A stretch of 64,000 bases of DNA from Chlorobiota bacterium (GCA_016788565.1 JAEUSP010000101.1:3334-67333); one strand, 5' to 3'; positions 1-10,796 are shown, numbered from the stretch's first letter. Program-made: numbers and translations. The notes: generated by a model not told the origin, from the letters alone.

Positions 1-2601
1 GTCGCAGAGGAACGCAAAGCGGTTGCTGATAGCTACCGGGCAGAGGCAGAGGGACTTCAGAAGCGGTTGGAGTTGATAAAGGGGAACAGTGCCGATGAAA
101 TCCGGCTTCGGTATGAAATCAAGCAGCGGCAGATAGAGTTAGAGCGTGATGCAGCAACGGAGACGGCCCTTGCTGAAAACGATGTGTTTGTGGAGAATTA
201 CACCAATCTCCAGCAGTTGCAGCAGCAGTTAGACGAGACAGAGGACGAAGCAGAGCGGGAGAAAATTCGGCAATCTATTGCTCGGCAACGTGTTGCACTC
301 GCCACAACGCGGCAACAGTTGTTGCAATCGAACGAAGTGCTGCTGGCAATCCAAAAAGATTTCGATACGAAGAGCGGAGAAAACACCACCACAAAAGATC
401 GTGAGTTATACCGGGTTCGGAATCTGGAGCGAATCGCTGCGATTAAAAATGCAGCAGAGCAGGAAAAAGAACTTGCGCTGTTCAACCTTCGGGATAAATA
501 CGAAGAGGAGTATTCCGCAGCAGTTGGGAATGCTGCAAAGCAAGAAGAATTGACGCGGAAGTTTCTTGAAGAGAAGCGAAAAATTGAGGAGGATTATCTC
601 ACAAAAACCGACACGTTATACAGGGTGTCCCTGAATTTCAGGGATGCACTGCTCGACGTATTTCTGTCAAAGCAGGAGCGGCAGAATAAAGCCGAAATTG
701 ATCTTGAGCGGGAGAAGTTAGACACCCAAGAAAAAGACCTTGCGGCCTCTCTCCACAAGCGAGAAATCAGTTATCAGGAATACTCGGATAAGGTTGCCGA
801 GTTGAACGAGCAGCGGCAGGAGTTAGAGAAATCGGGGGAGGTGCAGAACAGCAATTTATTGATTGCTATTCGGGACAACACGCTGAAGGTGTTTGAGAAA
901 TTGGCGGAGAAGGAGCAGGCGAACAACGTAGAGGCAGCAAAAAAGGTTATTGACACAGGTGTCACCACCGCACTGACAAGGGAGAAGCGGGAGCGGGAGA
1001 GCCGCAAAACATTTGAGAAGGAGCAGGAGTCATACAAAGAGGAGTTAGTGAAGTCGAAAAAAAGCGAGGTGGAGATCACCGAGGCTTTGCAGGAGCGGGA
1101 GGAGGGGTTTAAAACCGAGCAGACCAAGCAGGGGTTGAAAGAGGAGCAGGAAGCGGGGGATGCCCGGGTGGAGTTGTTAGAGCAGAGCGCGGCGACCATG
1201 GGAGTGCAGTTAAGCAAGCTCGCCCTATCTGGCAAGATCACTATGGAGGATGTGCAGGCAACGGTGCTTGGAACGGCATTTGAGACTATCCAAGCCTTGA
1301 CCCTGTCCTATGCCGCCCCAATCCTTGCTTCTGCAACGTCATTCCTCGGCCCTGTTGCCGGTCCGATTGCAGCGGCTCTACTCACCGGCGTGTTGCAGGG
1401 GTTACTCTCCACCGCTCGCGGGGCATTAGGGCTAAAGAAGGGGAAGGTCAAAATCAAAGGGCCGGGCGGGCCAGAGGATGATTTGATCCCCGCCAACTTG
1501 TCTGCGGGGGAGTCGGTACTAACGGCGAAGGCAACTGCTGCTGGGAGCAATGCGTCCATCTTGGAATGGGCGAATGCTACTGGCCGGCCCATTGTTGAGA
1601 ACCCCGAAGTGCTAAGTAGCATCCATATCGGGAGGTTCAGTAGTGGAGGGTTGATAGACGTACCGAAGGACAAAGGGGGAATCCTGCCGCCCTCTTTCAA
1701 TGCAGTTCCGGCGGTATCCCCCGAGGCGAGAGGAACAGCGTTCAATTCCGTTCAACTATTGTCGTTTGCAACGCAAATCAGTGGTAAGAAATCACTGGGA
1801 GGGCTTGGAGGGTTGATAGATATACCGAACGTGCGGGGAGGGCTGTTCTTGGACATCATTGACACTGCTTCGCATCGCGTCGGTAAATCCTCCAATAGTG
1901 CGTTAGCAGATGACCCAAAGGACAAAGGGGAATTGCCAACTCAACAGGTGGCATCTGTTGAAAACGATCTTGATAGCATACGGAGTTCGGGAATACAGCC
2001 TGAGCAGGTGATGAATGCGCTATTGACATCTGGCCGTAGCGATGAGCTTACACAAGAAGCGAAGGCAATGCACGAATTGGCAAACGTGTTAAAGCAGTTC
2101 AACATCAGTTTCAGCCCCAGCTTGCCACGTCGTTTCAGCGAGGGGGCCGTTGCGATTGATGGGCCTGGGACGATGACTTCTGATTCGATCCCAGCATACT
2201 TGTCCTTCAAAGAATCAGTGATGACGGGCAAGGCAACAATGGCAGGAGGGGAGGGGCCGTTAGGGAACGCCAACGTGTTCCGTTGGGCGAATGCTAATGG
2301 ACAGAGCATCTTAGACTATCCGCCGCTCAAGGCGCGGTTAGCAGAGATGCCTATCATGCCAGACCTTGATAGAGATGCCTTGCAGGAGGTGTCTATCTCA
2401 ATGATTGGAGGGAGGGTAAGTGATGCACAGTCTGATAGGAAGGTACGGCAGGTTGAATCGGAGAACAGGCAGATTCTGAAGACGTTGGAAGCAATTCATA
2501 AGGAGTTGACAAAGGATTCGGTAACGAAGGAGAACTCCAGTGGATACTCCATCACGAAGGTGTCAAAGAAGGTTCAGAGGGCGAAGGCAAGGAGGGGGTA
2601 G
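1..2601 (+). CDS. Phage tail tape measure protein, C-terminal part (5'-truncated)
   Basis: Frame is open from base 1. Long E/K/Q coiled coil, Ala/Gly hydrophobic segment, two copies of the GPGxxxxDxIPAxLSxxESVxTxKAT motif typical of tape-measure C-termini; upstream of tail genes. Confidence 0.8.
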   Translation, partial: VAEERKAVADSYRAEAEGLQKRLELIKGNSADEIRLRYEIKQRQIELERDAATETALAENDVFVENYTNLQQLQQQLDETEDEAEREKIRQSIARQRVALATTRQQLLQSNEVLLAIQKDFDTKSGENTTTKDRELYRVRNLERIAAIKNAAEQEKELALFNLRDKYEEEYSAAVGNAAKQEELTRKFLEEKRKIEEDYLTKTDTLYRVSLNFRDALLDVFLSKQERQNKAEIDLEREKLDTQEKDLAASLHKREISYQEYSDKVAELNEQRQELEKSGEVQNSNLLIAIRDNTLKVFEKLAEKEQANNVEAAKKVIDTGVTTALTREKRERESRKTFEKEQESYKEELVKSKKSEVEITEALQEREEGFKTEQTKQGLKEEQEAGDARVELLEQSAATMGVQLSKLALSGKITMEDVQATVLGTAFETIQALTLSYAAPILASATSFLGPVAGPIAAALLTGVLQGLLSTARGALGLKKGKVKIKGPGGPEDDLIPANLSAGESVLTAKATAAGSNASILEWANATGRPIVENPEVLSSIHIGRFSSGGLIDVPKDKGGILPPSFNAVPAVSPEARGTAFNSVQLLSFATQISGKKSLGGLGGLIDIPNVRGGLFLDIIDTASHRVGKSSNSALADDPKDKGELPTQQVASVENDLDSIRSSGIQPEQVMNALLTSGRSDELTQEAKAMHELANVLKQFNISFSPSLPRRFSEGAVAIDGPGTMTSDSIPAYLSFKESVMTGKATMAGGEGPLGNANVFRWANANGQSILDYPPLKARLAEMPIMPDLDRDALQEVSISMIGGRVSDAQSDRKVRQVESENRQILKTLEAIHKELTKDSVTKENSSGYSITKVSKKVQRAKARRG

Positions 2602-2619
2602 AGAGGAGGATACCAATAG

Positions 2620-2663
2620 AGCAACATGGGGGGCTTGGCGTAAAACCAAGCCCCCATGTTGCT
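2620..2663. terminator. Long hairpin, probable bidirectional terminator
   Basis: agcaacatggggggcttgg-cgtaaaa-ccaagcccccatgttgct between convergent ORFs ending at 2601 and 2748. Confidence 0.75.
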
Positions 2664-2747
2664 TTGAGTGCTAAGTTTTTAATTCAATAAAAAAACAGCG
2701 CAACACTTCTGCTGCACTGTTCAAATCCCACCAAAGGTTCCATTGCG

Positions 2748-3146
2748 TCAATAAACAAGAGGAATTGTCAAGTCTGGGTTACGAAGCCGATCCTCTGAAA
2801 TGAAGCATTTGTAATAACCGACAACCGGCCAAGAAGTAGCTTCCAATTCAGGGTCATACTTTGCCAAGTAAAATTCTCCTTCATAGAGTGTCACGACAAG
2901 GCCACCATGATTGAACTCCGCAGCAGAACTAACGACATAGATTTTTTCTATAATCAGTTCCCTCAATTCCCCTTTAGACTGCTCAAATAAGTCAGGAAAT
3001 TTTCCCGACTTTTCCGGGATAGTGATATAGGCTTCTAAGGACTGTGGAGGGTAATTGAAATCTCCCACAATAGCCAGCGGAACAATTTCTTTATCCGCAA
3101 CATCAAGAAATTCTTGGCGAGTAAGATGGCGTAACCGAATAGGCAT
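2748..3146 (-). CDS. Hypothetical protein (accessory cassette)
   Basis: 132-aa ORF with ggagg RBS; N-terminus LRHLTRQEFLD resembles its neighbour. Confidence 0.7.
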   Translation of the reverse strand: MPIRLRHLTRQEFLDVADKEIVPLAIVGDFNYPPQSLEAYITIPEKSGKFPDLFEQSKGELRELIIEKIYVVSSAAEFNHGGLVVTLYEGEFYLAKYDPELEATSWPVVGYYKCFISEDRLRNPDLTIPLVY

Positions 3147-3157
3147 TGTTTGTCCTC

Positions 3158-3535
3158 CTAAAGATCAGGGTTGAGAATGTAATCAAGGGTCTCCTCTATC
3201 GCACCACCGAAGCCGTTTACTGTGGCGTAGCGTCCAATGTTCGGTTCATAATCGCAGATGACAAATTCATCCTCAACTTGTGCGATTACTTTCTTCCCTT
3301 TGCCAGCAAAGGAGTTGTACGACCCGATGACAATACCACCTTCTATTATGTCACTTAGCCCCTGTCGGCTCAACACCTCTTCGACGGTAAACACTGCTCC
3401 ATGAACTGGTGTTTTCATCACTACGTGGCCAACTGTTTTGATCTCTTTGATCTTTGCGCTCTTCTCCTGCTTTGGTAGCGGGATGTCAAGAAACTGCTCA
3501 CGCGGGATACGGCGGAGTTTAGCATACGTCTTCAT
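3158..3535 (-). CDS. Hypothetical protein (accessory cassette)
   Basis: 125-aa ORF; TATCTTTG Bacteroidota-type -7 motif upstream on the minus strand (~3580-3590). Confidence 0.7.
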   Translation of the reverse strand: MKTYAKLRRIPREQFLDIPLPKQEKSAKIKEIKTVGHVVMKTPVHGAVFTVEEVLSRQGLSDIIEGGIVIGSYNSFAGKGKKVIAQVEDEFVICDYEPNIGRYATVNGFGGAIEETLDYILNPDL

Positions 3536-3716
3536 AGCATTCTTCTTGGTTGTGGTTAATGGTCGTCAAATGAACACCACAAAGATAACAGTTCATTCAA
3601 TCCCTGCAAGTGGTCTGCAAAAAAAATGATGCTTGGTGAGCTGCACTTCACACCCTTGCCGAGTAGCTACCAAGAACGGCGGCTGCCGTGTGGCAGCCGC
3701 CGCAAGTCGGCAAGGT

Positions 3717-4292
3717 TTAGCTTGCGATGACTCCGTTCTTGCGAAGTGCGAAGTAGCAACGTTGCGCGGCTTCGGTGTCAGCAGTTGCGGAGTGTTCGTT
3801 ATCGAACTTGTACCCGAACAACGTTGTGTGGAGTTCTTGAAGCGAAGGGTACTTGAAACCACGTTTCGATGGTATTGCGCAAAACTCGGTTGAGGCTTTC
3901 ATCGTGCAAACAGCGGCTTTCTCTGTGATCTCGAAACCAAACGAACGAACGTGTTCGCAAGAGATAACGTTGAGGTCATAGTTAAGGTTATGAGCCACAA
4001 CAAGTTCGCATCCGTCGTAGTCGTCGGTAAAGGCTTCAAGAGCGGTTTTGATGCTCACACCTTCAGTCATTGCATACTCTTGGCTGATGCCGTGAATTGC
4101 TGATGCTGCTTCTGGAATTTCAAATCCCTCAGGGCGAATCACGAATGACTCTTGCTTAACAATACGTCCGTCCTCGGTGCAAACCGTCCATGAAAGCTCA
4201 ACGATGCGTGGCCAGTTCTCTACGTCCGTTGCCGGAGCCTTGTAGTTCTTCGGAAGGCCAGTCGTTTCCGTGTCGAAGAAAATGATGTTCAT
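3717..4292 (-). CDS. DEDDh 3'-5' exonuclease (DnaQ/epsilon-like)
   Basis: ExoI FFDTETTGLP, ExoII VAHNLNYD, ExoIII HSATAD motifs. Confidence 0.92.
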   Translation of the reverse strand: MNIIFFDTETTGLPKNYKAPATDVENWPRIVELSWTVCTEDGRIVKQESFVIRPEGFEIPEAASAIHGISQEYAMTEGVSIKTALEAFTDDYDGCELVVAHNLNYDLNVISCEHVRSFGFEITEKAAVCTMKASTEFCAIPSKRGFKYPSLQELHTTLFGYKFDNEHSATADTEAAQRCYFALRKNGVIAS

Positions 4293-4332
4293 TGTGTTGT
4301 TTTAGTTATCGTATCGCGATACCTTACAAGTA

Positions 4333-4396
4333 CAAAATTAACCCTTTTAGAGAGTAGGTGGTTAGTGAAATCGGACTTGTGTCAATCTTGGAACAT
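4333..4396 (-). promoter_or_regulatory. Conserved phage promoter, copy 1 (33-bp box + 17 nt + TAnnTTTG)
   Basis: Near-identical to 4763-4826 and to the reverse complement at 25897-25954. Confidence 0.75.
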
Positions 4397-4423
4397 CTGG
4401 GGGGGGCTGCCCCCCCAGTGCAC

Positions 4424-4705
4424 TTAGCAAGTCAAAATCCCCATCTCCTTTAGCTTCCGCAACACGTTCTCCATCGCACGTACAACATCAGTAGTTGTTC
4501 CTCTTGGAATCTTTACCGCGATCCCTGCCGTTGCGCCGTGTCGAACAGTGTATGTGAACTCGCTTACCTTGCCTTGAAGGTTATGCTTTACGCGCAACTC
4601 CATGTTCTTCACGAACTGTTCTGTTGTCCCCTTCCACCCCTCTTCCTGTTGCAATTCAGCGTAATCGTTTTCGTGAAGTGTGACCGTGATGCTTGCAGTT
4701 TTCAT
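4424..4705 (-). CDS. Hypothetical protein
   Basis: 93-aa ORF with aggag RBS and its own conserved promoter. Confidence 0.7.
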   Translation of the reverse strand: MKTASITVTLHENDYAELQQEEGWKGTTEQFVKNMELRVKHNLQGKVSEFTYTVRHGATAGIAVKIPRGTTTDVVRAMENVLRKLKEMGILTC

Positions 4706-4762
4706 TGAACTCCTACTGAGTTAGTTTTTTGATTAACATCGAACTCCGATGTTTTACAAGTG

Positions 4763-4826
4763 CAAATTTACGGCGATTGAAGAGCAGGTGGTTAGTGGAA
4801 TCGGACTTGTGTCCATCTTGGAACAT
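4763..4826 (-). promoter_or_regulatory. Conserved phage promoter, copy 2
   Basis: gtggttagtggaatcggacttgtgtccatcttg plus caaattta (TAAATTTG on minus), 17-nt spacing. Confidence 0.75.
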
Positions 4827-4903
4827 TCAGTGGGGAGTGATTGCAGGGATAGCGTCATCCTGTCCACAATGGAACATTCAGTGGGGAGTGATTGCAGGGA
4901 TAG
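4819..4903. repeat. 34-bp direct repeat x2 (period 51)
   Basis: tggaacattcagtggggagtgattgcagggatag at 4819-4852 and 4870-4903. Confidence 0.9.
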
Positions 4904-5071
4904 GTATGCCCTTCCTCTTGGTTGTCTGTGAGGAATCGGGAGCAAGAGAAAAAAAGAAACCGCCTATTCTCTTTGCAAATCGCCCAAAATGGAACACTCA
5001 ATGCCTTACGTAGTGTTATAGGTAGAGGGCATCACTTTTTGTGGGCGCATGGATCACCACCAGAATGTTAA

Positions 5072-5638
5072 TTGATGGCAGTCAGTCTTATTGGGAACAC
5101 CGTTGTTTTTCGTGCATCATCAACCGATAGCCCAACAGCTTCGGGCTATCGCGAGTTGGAATTGTGGGTAGATTTTTTTGATGGTGAGCCGCAGCCGATT
5201 GGGGAAAATGTTGGCGAAGCCGATACAGGGGCAACATTGCGTGGGAGAACGTCAGTCCGTTGGCATTTTGATGCTGAATCACATCCCCTTGCTCGCAGTC
5301 GCTATGATGATCCAGATGAGATTTGCCAGCACTTCGGTGTTGGCCGCAGGCTGGTGGAGTTTATGATGACAAATGGAACCCACCCTTACTTCTTCATCTA
5401 CCGGACGTATCGAGATGGCACGAGTCATGGTGCAGGAGCAATCCCCTATGGAGGAGTAGATGAGAACGGAGAAGTCAATGATGATGACAACACGTTTGGG
5501 CAAACCACAGACACGCCACCGGGCATTTTCCCTATGCGAGCAGTGTTAGATGGTGAACCGGAGTTTACCACTACTGAAAGCGGGTTTAGAACATTGAGTT
5601 TTTCTTTGTGGGGGGAATCAATTACAACGTATTCGTAG
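5072..5638 (+). CDS. Putative tail protein (distal-tail position)
   Basis: 188-aa ORF; position after the tape measure is the only functional evidence. Confidence 0.5.
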   Translation: MMAVSLIGNTVVFRASSTDSPTASGYRELELWVDFFDGEPQPIGENVGEADTGATLRGRTSVRWHFDAESHPLARSRYDDPDEICQHFGVGRRLVEFMMTNGTHPYFFIYRTYRDGTSHGAGAIPYGGVDENGEVNDDDNTFGQTTDTPPGIFPMRAVLDGEPEFTTTESGFRTLSFSLWGESITTYS

Positions 5639-5717
5639 CAGCATTGGCCGCCAAATACGGCATTACCAGCAGCATTAAATTCACGGCACTGCACCACCAA
5701 TTTAAGACAGCATCATC

Positions 5718-7712
5718 ATGGCAGGGACGCAATTTGTTTGGCGGTATCGAACGCGGGGGAGCAGCCTTCACCCGTATGGAGTTCGCTATAAATTGATTAT
5801 TCGGCCATCGGGGCCGCGAGAAACTTCATGGACAACAGTGGAAATTCCAGAAGATGCAATCAATATCCCTCAGTTGTCTGATTTATCACAAGTTTCATTT
5901 GGGGATTTATTTCTTGGGATGCCGGAATCCCCGCAATGGAAATTTCGGTTCCGCATGGATCAGTTGCAAGATGGGAGCTTATCAACGCTCCACAACAAGC
6001 TGTTGAAGGAGTCGTACATACAGTCGGGATCAGCCTTACCAAACATCCCTCGCAACTTTGCAACCACCAATTTTTTTATGCTGTTATGGGACGAGGGAAC
6101 AGGGAGCGAACCGGATACGGTGCTGTTCCAAGGGGCGCAATGGCGGCCGCAGGAATCCGAAGGATTAGTCCGCCCGACTACTGGGCAGCACTGGTTGGAA
6201 ATTGATGTTATTGACATCAATAAGGCGATAATGGAAACAGTTGTGCCGCAGGACATTCAGTCTTACTTTTTTGATTCATACATCAAAAGCCAGCATTTGC
6301 CGAATTGGGGGTTGAATGGGAGTGGGAATGTCTATGACACCATGTACCGTGAAGGGGGGAATAATTTTGCTCGGTGCCAACGGATCAAGGCGGAATCCTC
6401 CAAGCTCCAACTTGCTCGGTTTTGGTCGCTGTACAAACTCTTTGAAGTAGTTGGGGCAATGTGCCGTTCAGCATACCGATATTATGTGCGTGATGCAGCG
6501 GCTTCCTATACATTCGTTGGAGTTGGGACAGGGAACACACCGTACGACGTATTCCGGTTCTACAAGCAAACCTATGTTCTGAGTTCCGGGTCAATACTAC
6601 GTGGGAGTTTACTTGCCAATACAGCGATTTATTTCATTGGTATCATCTGGAATGATGGAGCAGTAGTAGATACCTATCCTGATGATGTTGGAAATATCAT
6701 TGGAGGGTTTCTTTCAGAGAAAGATGATGGATTGTTTTCCTATAAGAATGTTTGGGAATTTATGGCGCATACCACCGCTGGGTGCAAGGTGCAATACTCG
6801 GGGACTTCATCTCCTGCAATGACGGTCACGTTTGCACGGCCTGGGGATCGTTCTGCAACACGGTCATTGAAGCCAAGCGATTTCAAATCTGTTGGGATTA
6901 GCCCGACGGAGTTCCTTGAAATTCCCTATACAAGGAATATGAATATGATTGGCTCAGTAGAGGTTGCAGTGCGTGGGTTGGGGGGAGCAGACGAATTAGA
7001 AAGCACTATTGAAATTGATTACATCCCACCGTCTGTTGCTGATGGCCCGAACTTGGAATTTGCATTCCACAATTTGCCCAGCATTGGGGATAGTGACGAC
7101 CGCTATGGATTGAACCCCGACGACGATACAGCGGTGAGTGAAGACATTGAAGAGCCGTACACGATATGCGCGAGTTCGGGATTTAACTGCCGGTGCTTGT
7201 ATTACTTTGAATGGCCTGGGAATGACCTCATCACACACTCCGACCAAATCCCAATTCGGGTGCATGAAAAAGTAGATTGGGAATGGGATTCTACGACGGT
7301 CTATAATGACGGGAAAGTTGTGAGTGGGTATCCAACCGAGTATGCCGGTTCTGGGCTAGCATCGCTCCAATTCGATTCTAAATTTTGGACACCACTACAA
7401 GCAGTCTATGCAGAAATCCAAAACACTGGTTGCGTCCCGTTTATTGTTGGCTACCGAATAGCCTACACGTTTTCAAGGGATGGGCAGATCGGTTTTGAAG
7501 TTGAAATACCAATGGGGGTTGCTCCTCCTGATGCAGTTGGTGATTGGTATGATTTGAAGGATGAAGATGGAAATTCAATTGGAGCAAACATCTTGTTGGG
7601 CGGGGGGGTGCAGTTCAATGATTTAGGGACGAAGGCATTTTACTTGAAGGGGGATTTCCAGATTGAGAACCCAACAGTAAAAGCGACGTTTTTGATCCCG
7701 GGTGAAGATTAG
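5718..7712 (+). CDS. Putative tail/baseplate hub protein
   Basis: 664-aa acidic ORF between tape measure and fibre genes; function inferred from synteny. Confidence 0.55.
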   Translation: MAGTQFVWRYRTRGSSLHPYGVRYKLIIRPSGPRETSWTTVEIPEDAINIPQLSDLSQVSFGDLFLGMPESPQWKFRFRMDQLQDGSLSTLHNKLLKESYIQSGSALPNIPRNFATTNFFMLLWDEGTGSEPDTVLFQGAQWRPQESEGLVRPTTGQHWLEIDVIDINKAIMETVVPQDIQSYFFDSYIKSQHLPNWGLNGSGNVYDTMYREGGNNFARCQRIKAESSKLQLARFWSLYKLFEVVGAMCRSAYRYYVRDAAASYTFVGVGTGNTPYDVFRFYKQTYVLSSGSILRGSLLANTAIYFIGIIWNDGAVVDTYPDDVGNIIGGFLSEKDDGLFSYKNVWEFMAHTTAGCKVQYSGTSSPAMTVTFARPGDRSATRSLKPSDFKSVGISPTEFLEIPYTRNMNMIGSVEVAVRGLGGADELESTIEIDYIPPSVADGPNLEFAFHNLPSIGDSDDRYGLNPDDDTAVSEDIEEPYTICASSGFNCRCLYYFEWPGNDLITHSDQIPIRVHEKVDWEWDSTTVYNDGKVVSGYPTEYAGSGLASLQFDSKFWTPLQAVYAEIQNTGCVPFIVGYRIAYTFSRDGQIGFEVEIPMGVAPPDAVGDWYDLKDEDGNSIGANILLGGGVQFNDLGTKAFYLKGDFQIENPTVKATFLIPGED

Positions 7713-7742
7713 AAAACCCATACAGAGTATAGAAGATCATCC

Positions 7743-10088
7743 ATGCTGAACCGACAACCGATAGGGCCACAATCCATAAGCAAGCGGCAAATTCATCAAC
7801 TTGCTGCACCGGATGTTCGATCCTACAAGATTGCCACACAACTTCAAGGCGGTGCATCTGCAACCGAAAAAGGTGTGTACGTTGTTGATGCCGTGAATTA
7901 TGGAACCAATCTTACGTTAAGTGGCGAACAAACAGTAGATGGAGTTGCTCTGACTGATGGAATGATTTGTTTGCCAGCAGGACAAACAACTGGAGCAAAT
8001 CGTCGGCCATATATCGTTCGGACAGGTGCATGGGAAGTTGTTAGTGATTCACTTGACAAATGGCGGGTTGTCAAAGCGCGATATGGAACCAGTAATTCAG
8101 GGTTGTGGGAATTAACGAATGCCACCACCGTCACACTCGGCACAACGGCACTGACATGGGAGCGAGTCCCTCATGCGCAGCTAACGGCGGGGATGTTGCC
8201 CTATGCACTTTCATCTGGAGTGTTACGGGATAGCCGGTTGCAGATGAACGATGGGAGCAACGACGCTGTAATCGGATTGACCTATTCAAATTCGTTAGAC
8301 AGTGGAGTTGTGACATCGTTGCTCTATGTCGGCGGAGATTTAGGAGCAAACCCTTCTGATGTCGTTGGTATTATTGGAGTGTCCAGCACAGCCTTTGGTG
8401 TCTATGGTGCATCGGAAGAATCTGTAGGTGTTTCTGGCTGGAGCGAAAATAACATCGGGGTGTTTGCAGAATCCACCAACGGCACACCGCTCTATGTCCG
8501 ATTATCAGGCAACAACATTTCTGGGCAAGACCTTGGATATTTCGCCAACACTGGTTCCAATTTTTCCGGCAATGGAGTTCGGGCAGTTATTACCTCAAGC
8601 GGGCATGGCGTAAAGGTATTGCAGCAGGGGACAGGGAAGGGGGGAGAGTTTACGATCAGCAATGCCTCAAACTCTACTCATGCTGTTGATGCAACCACTA
8701 CGGGAACTGGGTTTGCCATAAAGGGATATACCGAAGGGACAAACAGCGCGGGATATTTTCAGATCAATAATTCCTCCAGTGCTGCCGCAGCGTTAGAAGC
8801 CACCACCAATGGCACGGGACATGCTTTCACAGCAACTCGGAATGTAGCCACGGGAACGAATGCTGTTGCCAACATCGCGCAATCTCATGCAAGCAGTGAA
8901 GCAGCAGGAGTATTGGTCACACAAGCCGGAACAGGATATGGATTGCGTGTTTCGCAGACAGGAGGGAATGGACCAAACTCCAACGCCATTTACGCCATCA
9001 TTTCTACAAGCTCGAACCAATCAGCCTGTATCTATGCTCAAACAAATGGGATAGGCCCGGGAGTGAACGGTTGGAACACAAGTTCCGGTAACGGGTTGCA
9101 GGGGGATAACAACAGCACGGGCAATGGAGTGCAAGGGAACGCTGGCTCGGGGTCTGGCAATGGCGTGGCAGGACGTGGCGGAACAGGAAATGCTATCTAT
9201 GGGCTAAACTCTAGCACCGGAAGGGCTGGGCGATTCACTCGCAATAGCTCGACGGGAGTTGGCTCGGCAGTGTTAGTCGAAGCACTCAGCACAAGCGACA
9301 CACAGACCGCCTTTGAAGTGACCCATGCTGGAAATGGTACACTCATATCTGCGAGCTTCAGTTCCAACAACGTGACTGCTGATATGGTCTATCTCACCCA
9401 TAGCGGGAGTTCGTTTTCTGGCAATGGGTTTAGAGCATCTATCACCTCAAGTGGTCACGGTGTAAAGTCATTGCAGCAAGGGACAGGGAAAGCAGGGGAG
9501 TTTACTATCAGCAATTCCTCCAACACGAATGTGGCTCTTGATGCAGGAACAGATGGCAGTGGGATTGTTATCAAAGGGGTGACAACAGGGGCAGGCCGTG
9601 TATTCTACGGTGAATCCCAGTCGGCTGCGCCAAGTGATCCGTTGATGGAGTTAAAAAGCACCAACACTGGCCATAACAAAGCCATTCTGAAAGTCAATCA
9701 GAAAGGGACGGGGAACATCTTTGAAGCATGGGATGATGCTACGGAGGTCTTCCGAATTTCCGATGGAGGAATCTCTCACGTCATGGGGGGAGTTACAGGG
9801 AAGCGGGTGGCAGTCACTGGCGCAACGCATACCATTGTAGCGGCATCGGTTATCATTGGAGTGTCACCACCGACAGGGGGAACAACCCTGACGCTACCAG
9901 CAGCGAATCAAGACGGGCAAATCCTCATCATCAAGGATGAAGGGGCTATTGCTGGCACAAGGACTATCACCATTTCCCGTGCTGGCTCAGATACGATTGA
10001 AGGGGCAACATCAACTACCATCACTGTTAATTCAGGGTATGTCATGCTTTGCAGCGACGGTGCAGGAACATGGTATGTGATTGGGTAG
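7743..10088 (+). CDS. Tail fibre / receptor-binding protein
   Basis: N-terminal LSGEQTVDGVAL...GQT...Y..GAW fibre motif, G/S/T/N-rich beta repeats, C-terminal TLTLPAA..GQILIIKD..GSDTIEG domain. Confidence 0.8.
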   Translation: MLNRQPIGPQSISKRQIHQLAAPDVRSYKIATQLQGGASATEKGVYVVDAVNYGTNLTLSGEQTVDGVALTDGMICLPAGQTTGANRRPYIVRTGAWEVVSDSLDKWRVVKARYGTSNSGLWELTNATTVTLGTTALTWERVPHAQLTAGMLPYALSSGVLRDSRLQMNDGSNDAVIGLTYSNSLDSGVVTSLLYVGGDLGANPSDVVGIIGVSSTAFGVYGASEESVGVSGWSENNIGVFAESTNGTPLYVRLSGNNISGQDLGYFANTGSNFSGNGVRAVITSSGHGVKVLQQGTGKGGEFTISNASNSTHAVDATTTGTGFAIKGYTEGTNSAGYFQINNSSSAAAALEATTNGTGHAFTATRNVATGTNAVANIAQSHASSEAAGVLVTQAGTGYGLRVSQTGGNGPNSNAIYAIISTSSNQSACIYAQTNGIGPGVNGWNTSSGNGLQGDNNSTGNGVQGNAGSGSGNGVAGRGGTGNAIYGLNSSTGRAGRFTRNSSTGVGSAVLVEALSTSDTQTAFEVTHAGNGTLISASFSSNNVTADMVYLTHSGSSFSGNGFRASITSSGHGVKSLQQGTGKAGEFTISNSSNTNVALDAGTDGSGIVIKGVTTGAGRVFYGESQSAAPSDPLMELKSTNTGHNKAILKVNQKGTGNIFEAWDDATEVFRISDGGISHVMGGVTGKRVAVTGATHTIVAASVIIGVSPPTGGTTLTLPAANQDGQILIIKDEGAIAGTRTITISRAGSDTIEGATSTTITVNSGYVMLCSDGAGTWYVIG

Positions 10089-10137
10089 TATATCACCACA
10101 ATAGATTCATCAACACCAATGAAGTCAAGAAACCGCC

Positions 10138-10404
10138 ATGCAATACAGCCAATGTACACCAGAACAGCGGGTCGCCATTTTCAATGACCGGATTGAAGAA
10201 TTAGAGCGGCAACACGTCGAGCGTGACATCACCATTACGGAACTACGTGGCCGGATCAACATTGCTACTCAAAAGAAAGACAAGCTAAAGATTGAGAACT
10301 ATGGCGTATGTCTTGAGGAAGCATTACGCGAACAAGAAGAAGTAGAACAAGTTATTCGGCTAACGGTTGCCGAACGGGATGAAGTGATAAAACAGGGTAT
10401 GTAA
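10138..10404 (+). CDS. Hypothetical coiled-coil protein
   Basis: 88-aa ORF in the late operon. Confidence 0.6.
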   Translation: MQYSQCTPEQRVAIFNDRIEELERQHVERDITITELRGRINIATQKKDKLKIENYGVCLEEALREQEEVEQVIRLTVAERDEVIKQGM

Positions 10405-10478
10405 TCCCTTGCCAATGTTGAGATGTTGGCAGTGGGATAATTTGACAAGATATAGACAAGACCACCACATAACGGAAC

Positions 10479-10796
10479 ATGAAAAAAACAACGCCACCAA
10501 AGGGATTTCATCGTCCACGAGTTCAAGCACGCAATGCAGAACAGACCTCAACAGCCACGATGGAAAGCATTCAAAACACCGAAGATATTGGGTTGCAGGA
10601 TGCAGGTACGAAGGTACTTGATGCAACCCCGGACGAGTTACGGGAACAGCTACGAGAGCTAACCCAAAAAAATTGCTTGGCAGCCTTACAAGAGATAGAG
10701 GGCATCCTTGAACGGCGTGGATTGCGGATGTATCCGATAGTCCATGTTGAAGGGAATTCCGTCATCAATTCCACCATCGCCATAGTCCCAAAATAA
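10479..10796 (+). CDS. Hypothetical protein
   Basis: 105-aa ORF immediately before the holin. Confidence 0.6.
   Translation: MKKTTPPKGFHRPRVQARNAEQTSTATMESIQNTEDIGLQDAGTKVLDATPDELREQLRELTQKNCLAALQEIEGILERRGLRMYPIVHVEGNSVINSTIAIVPK

Noticed and set aside
4819-4903. Mini CRISPR array
   Set aside because: Only two repeats, a 17-nt gap and no similarity to the array repeats.
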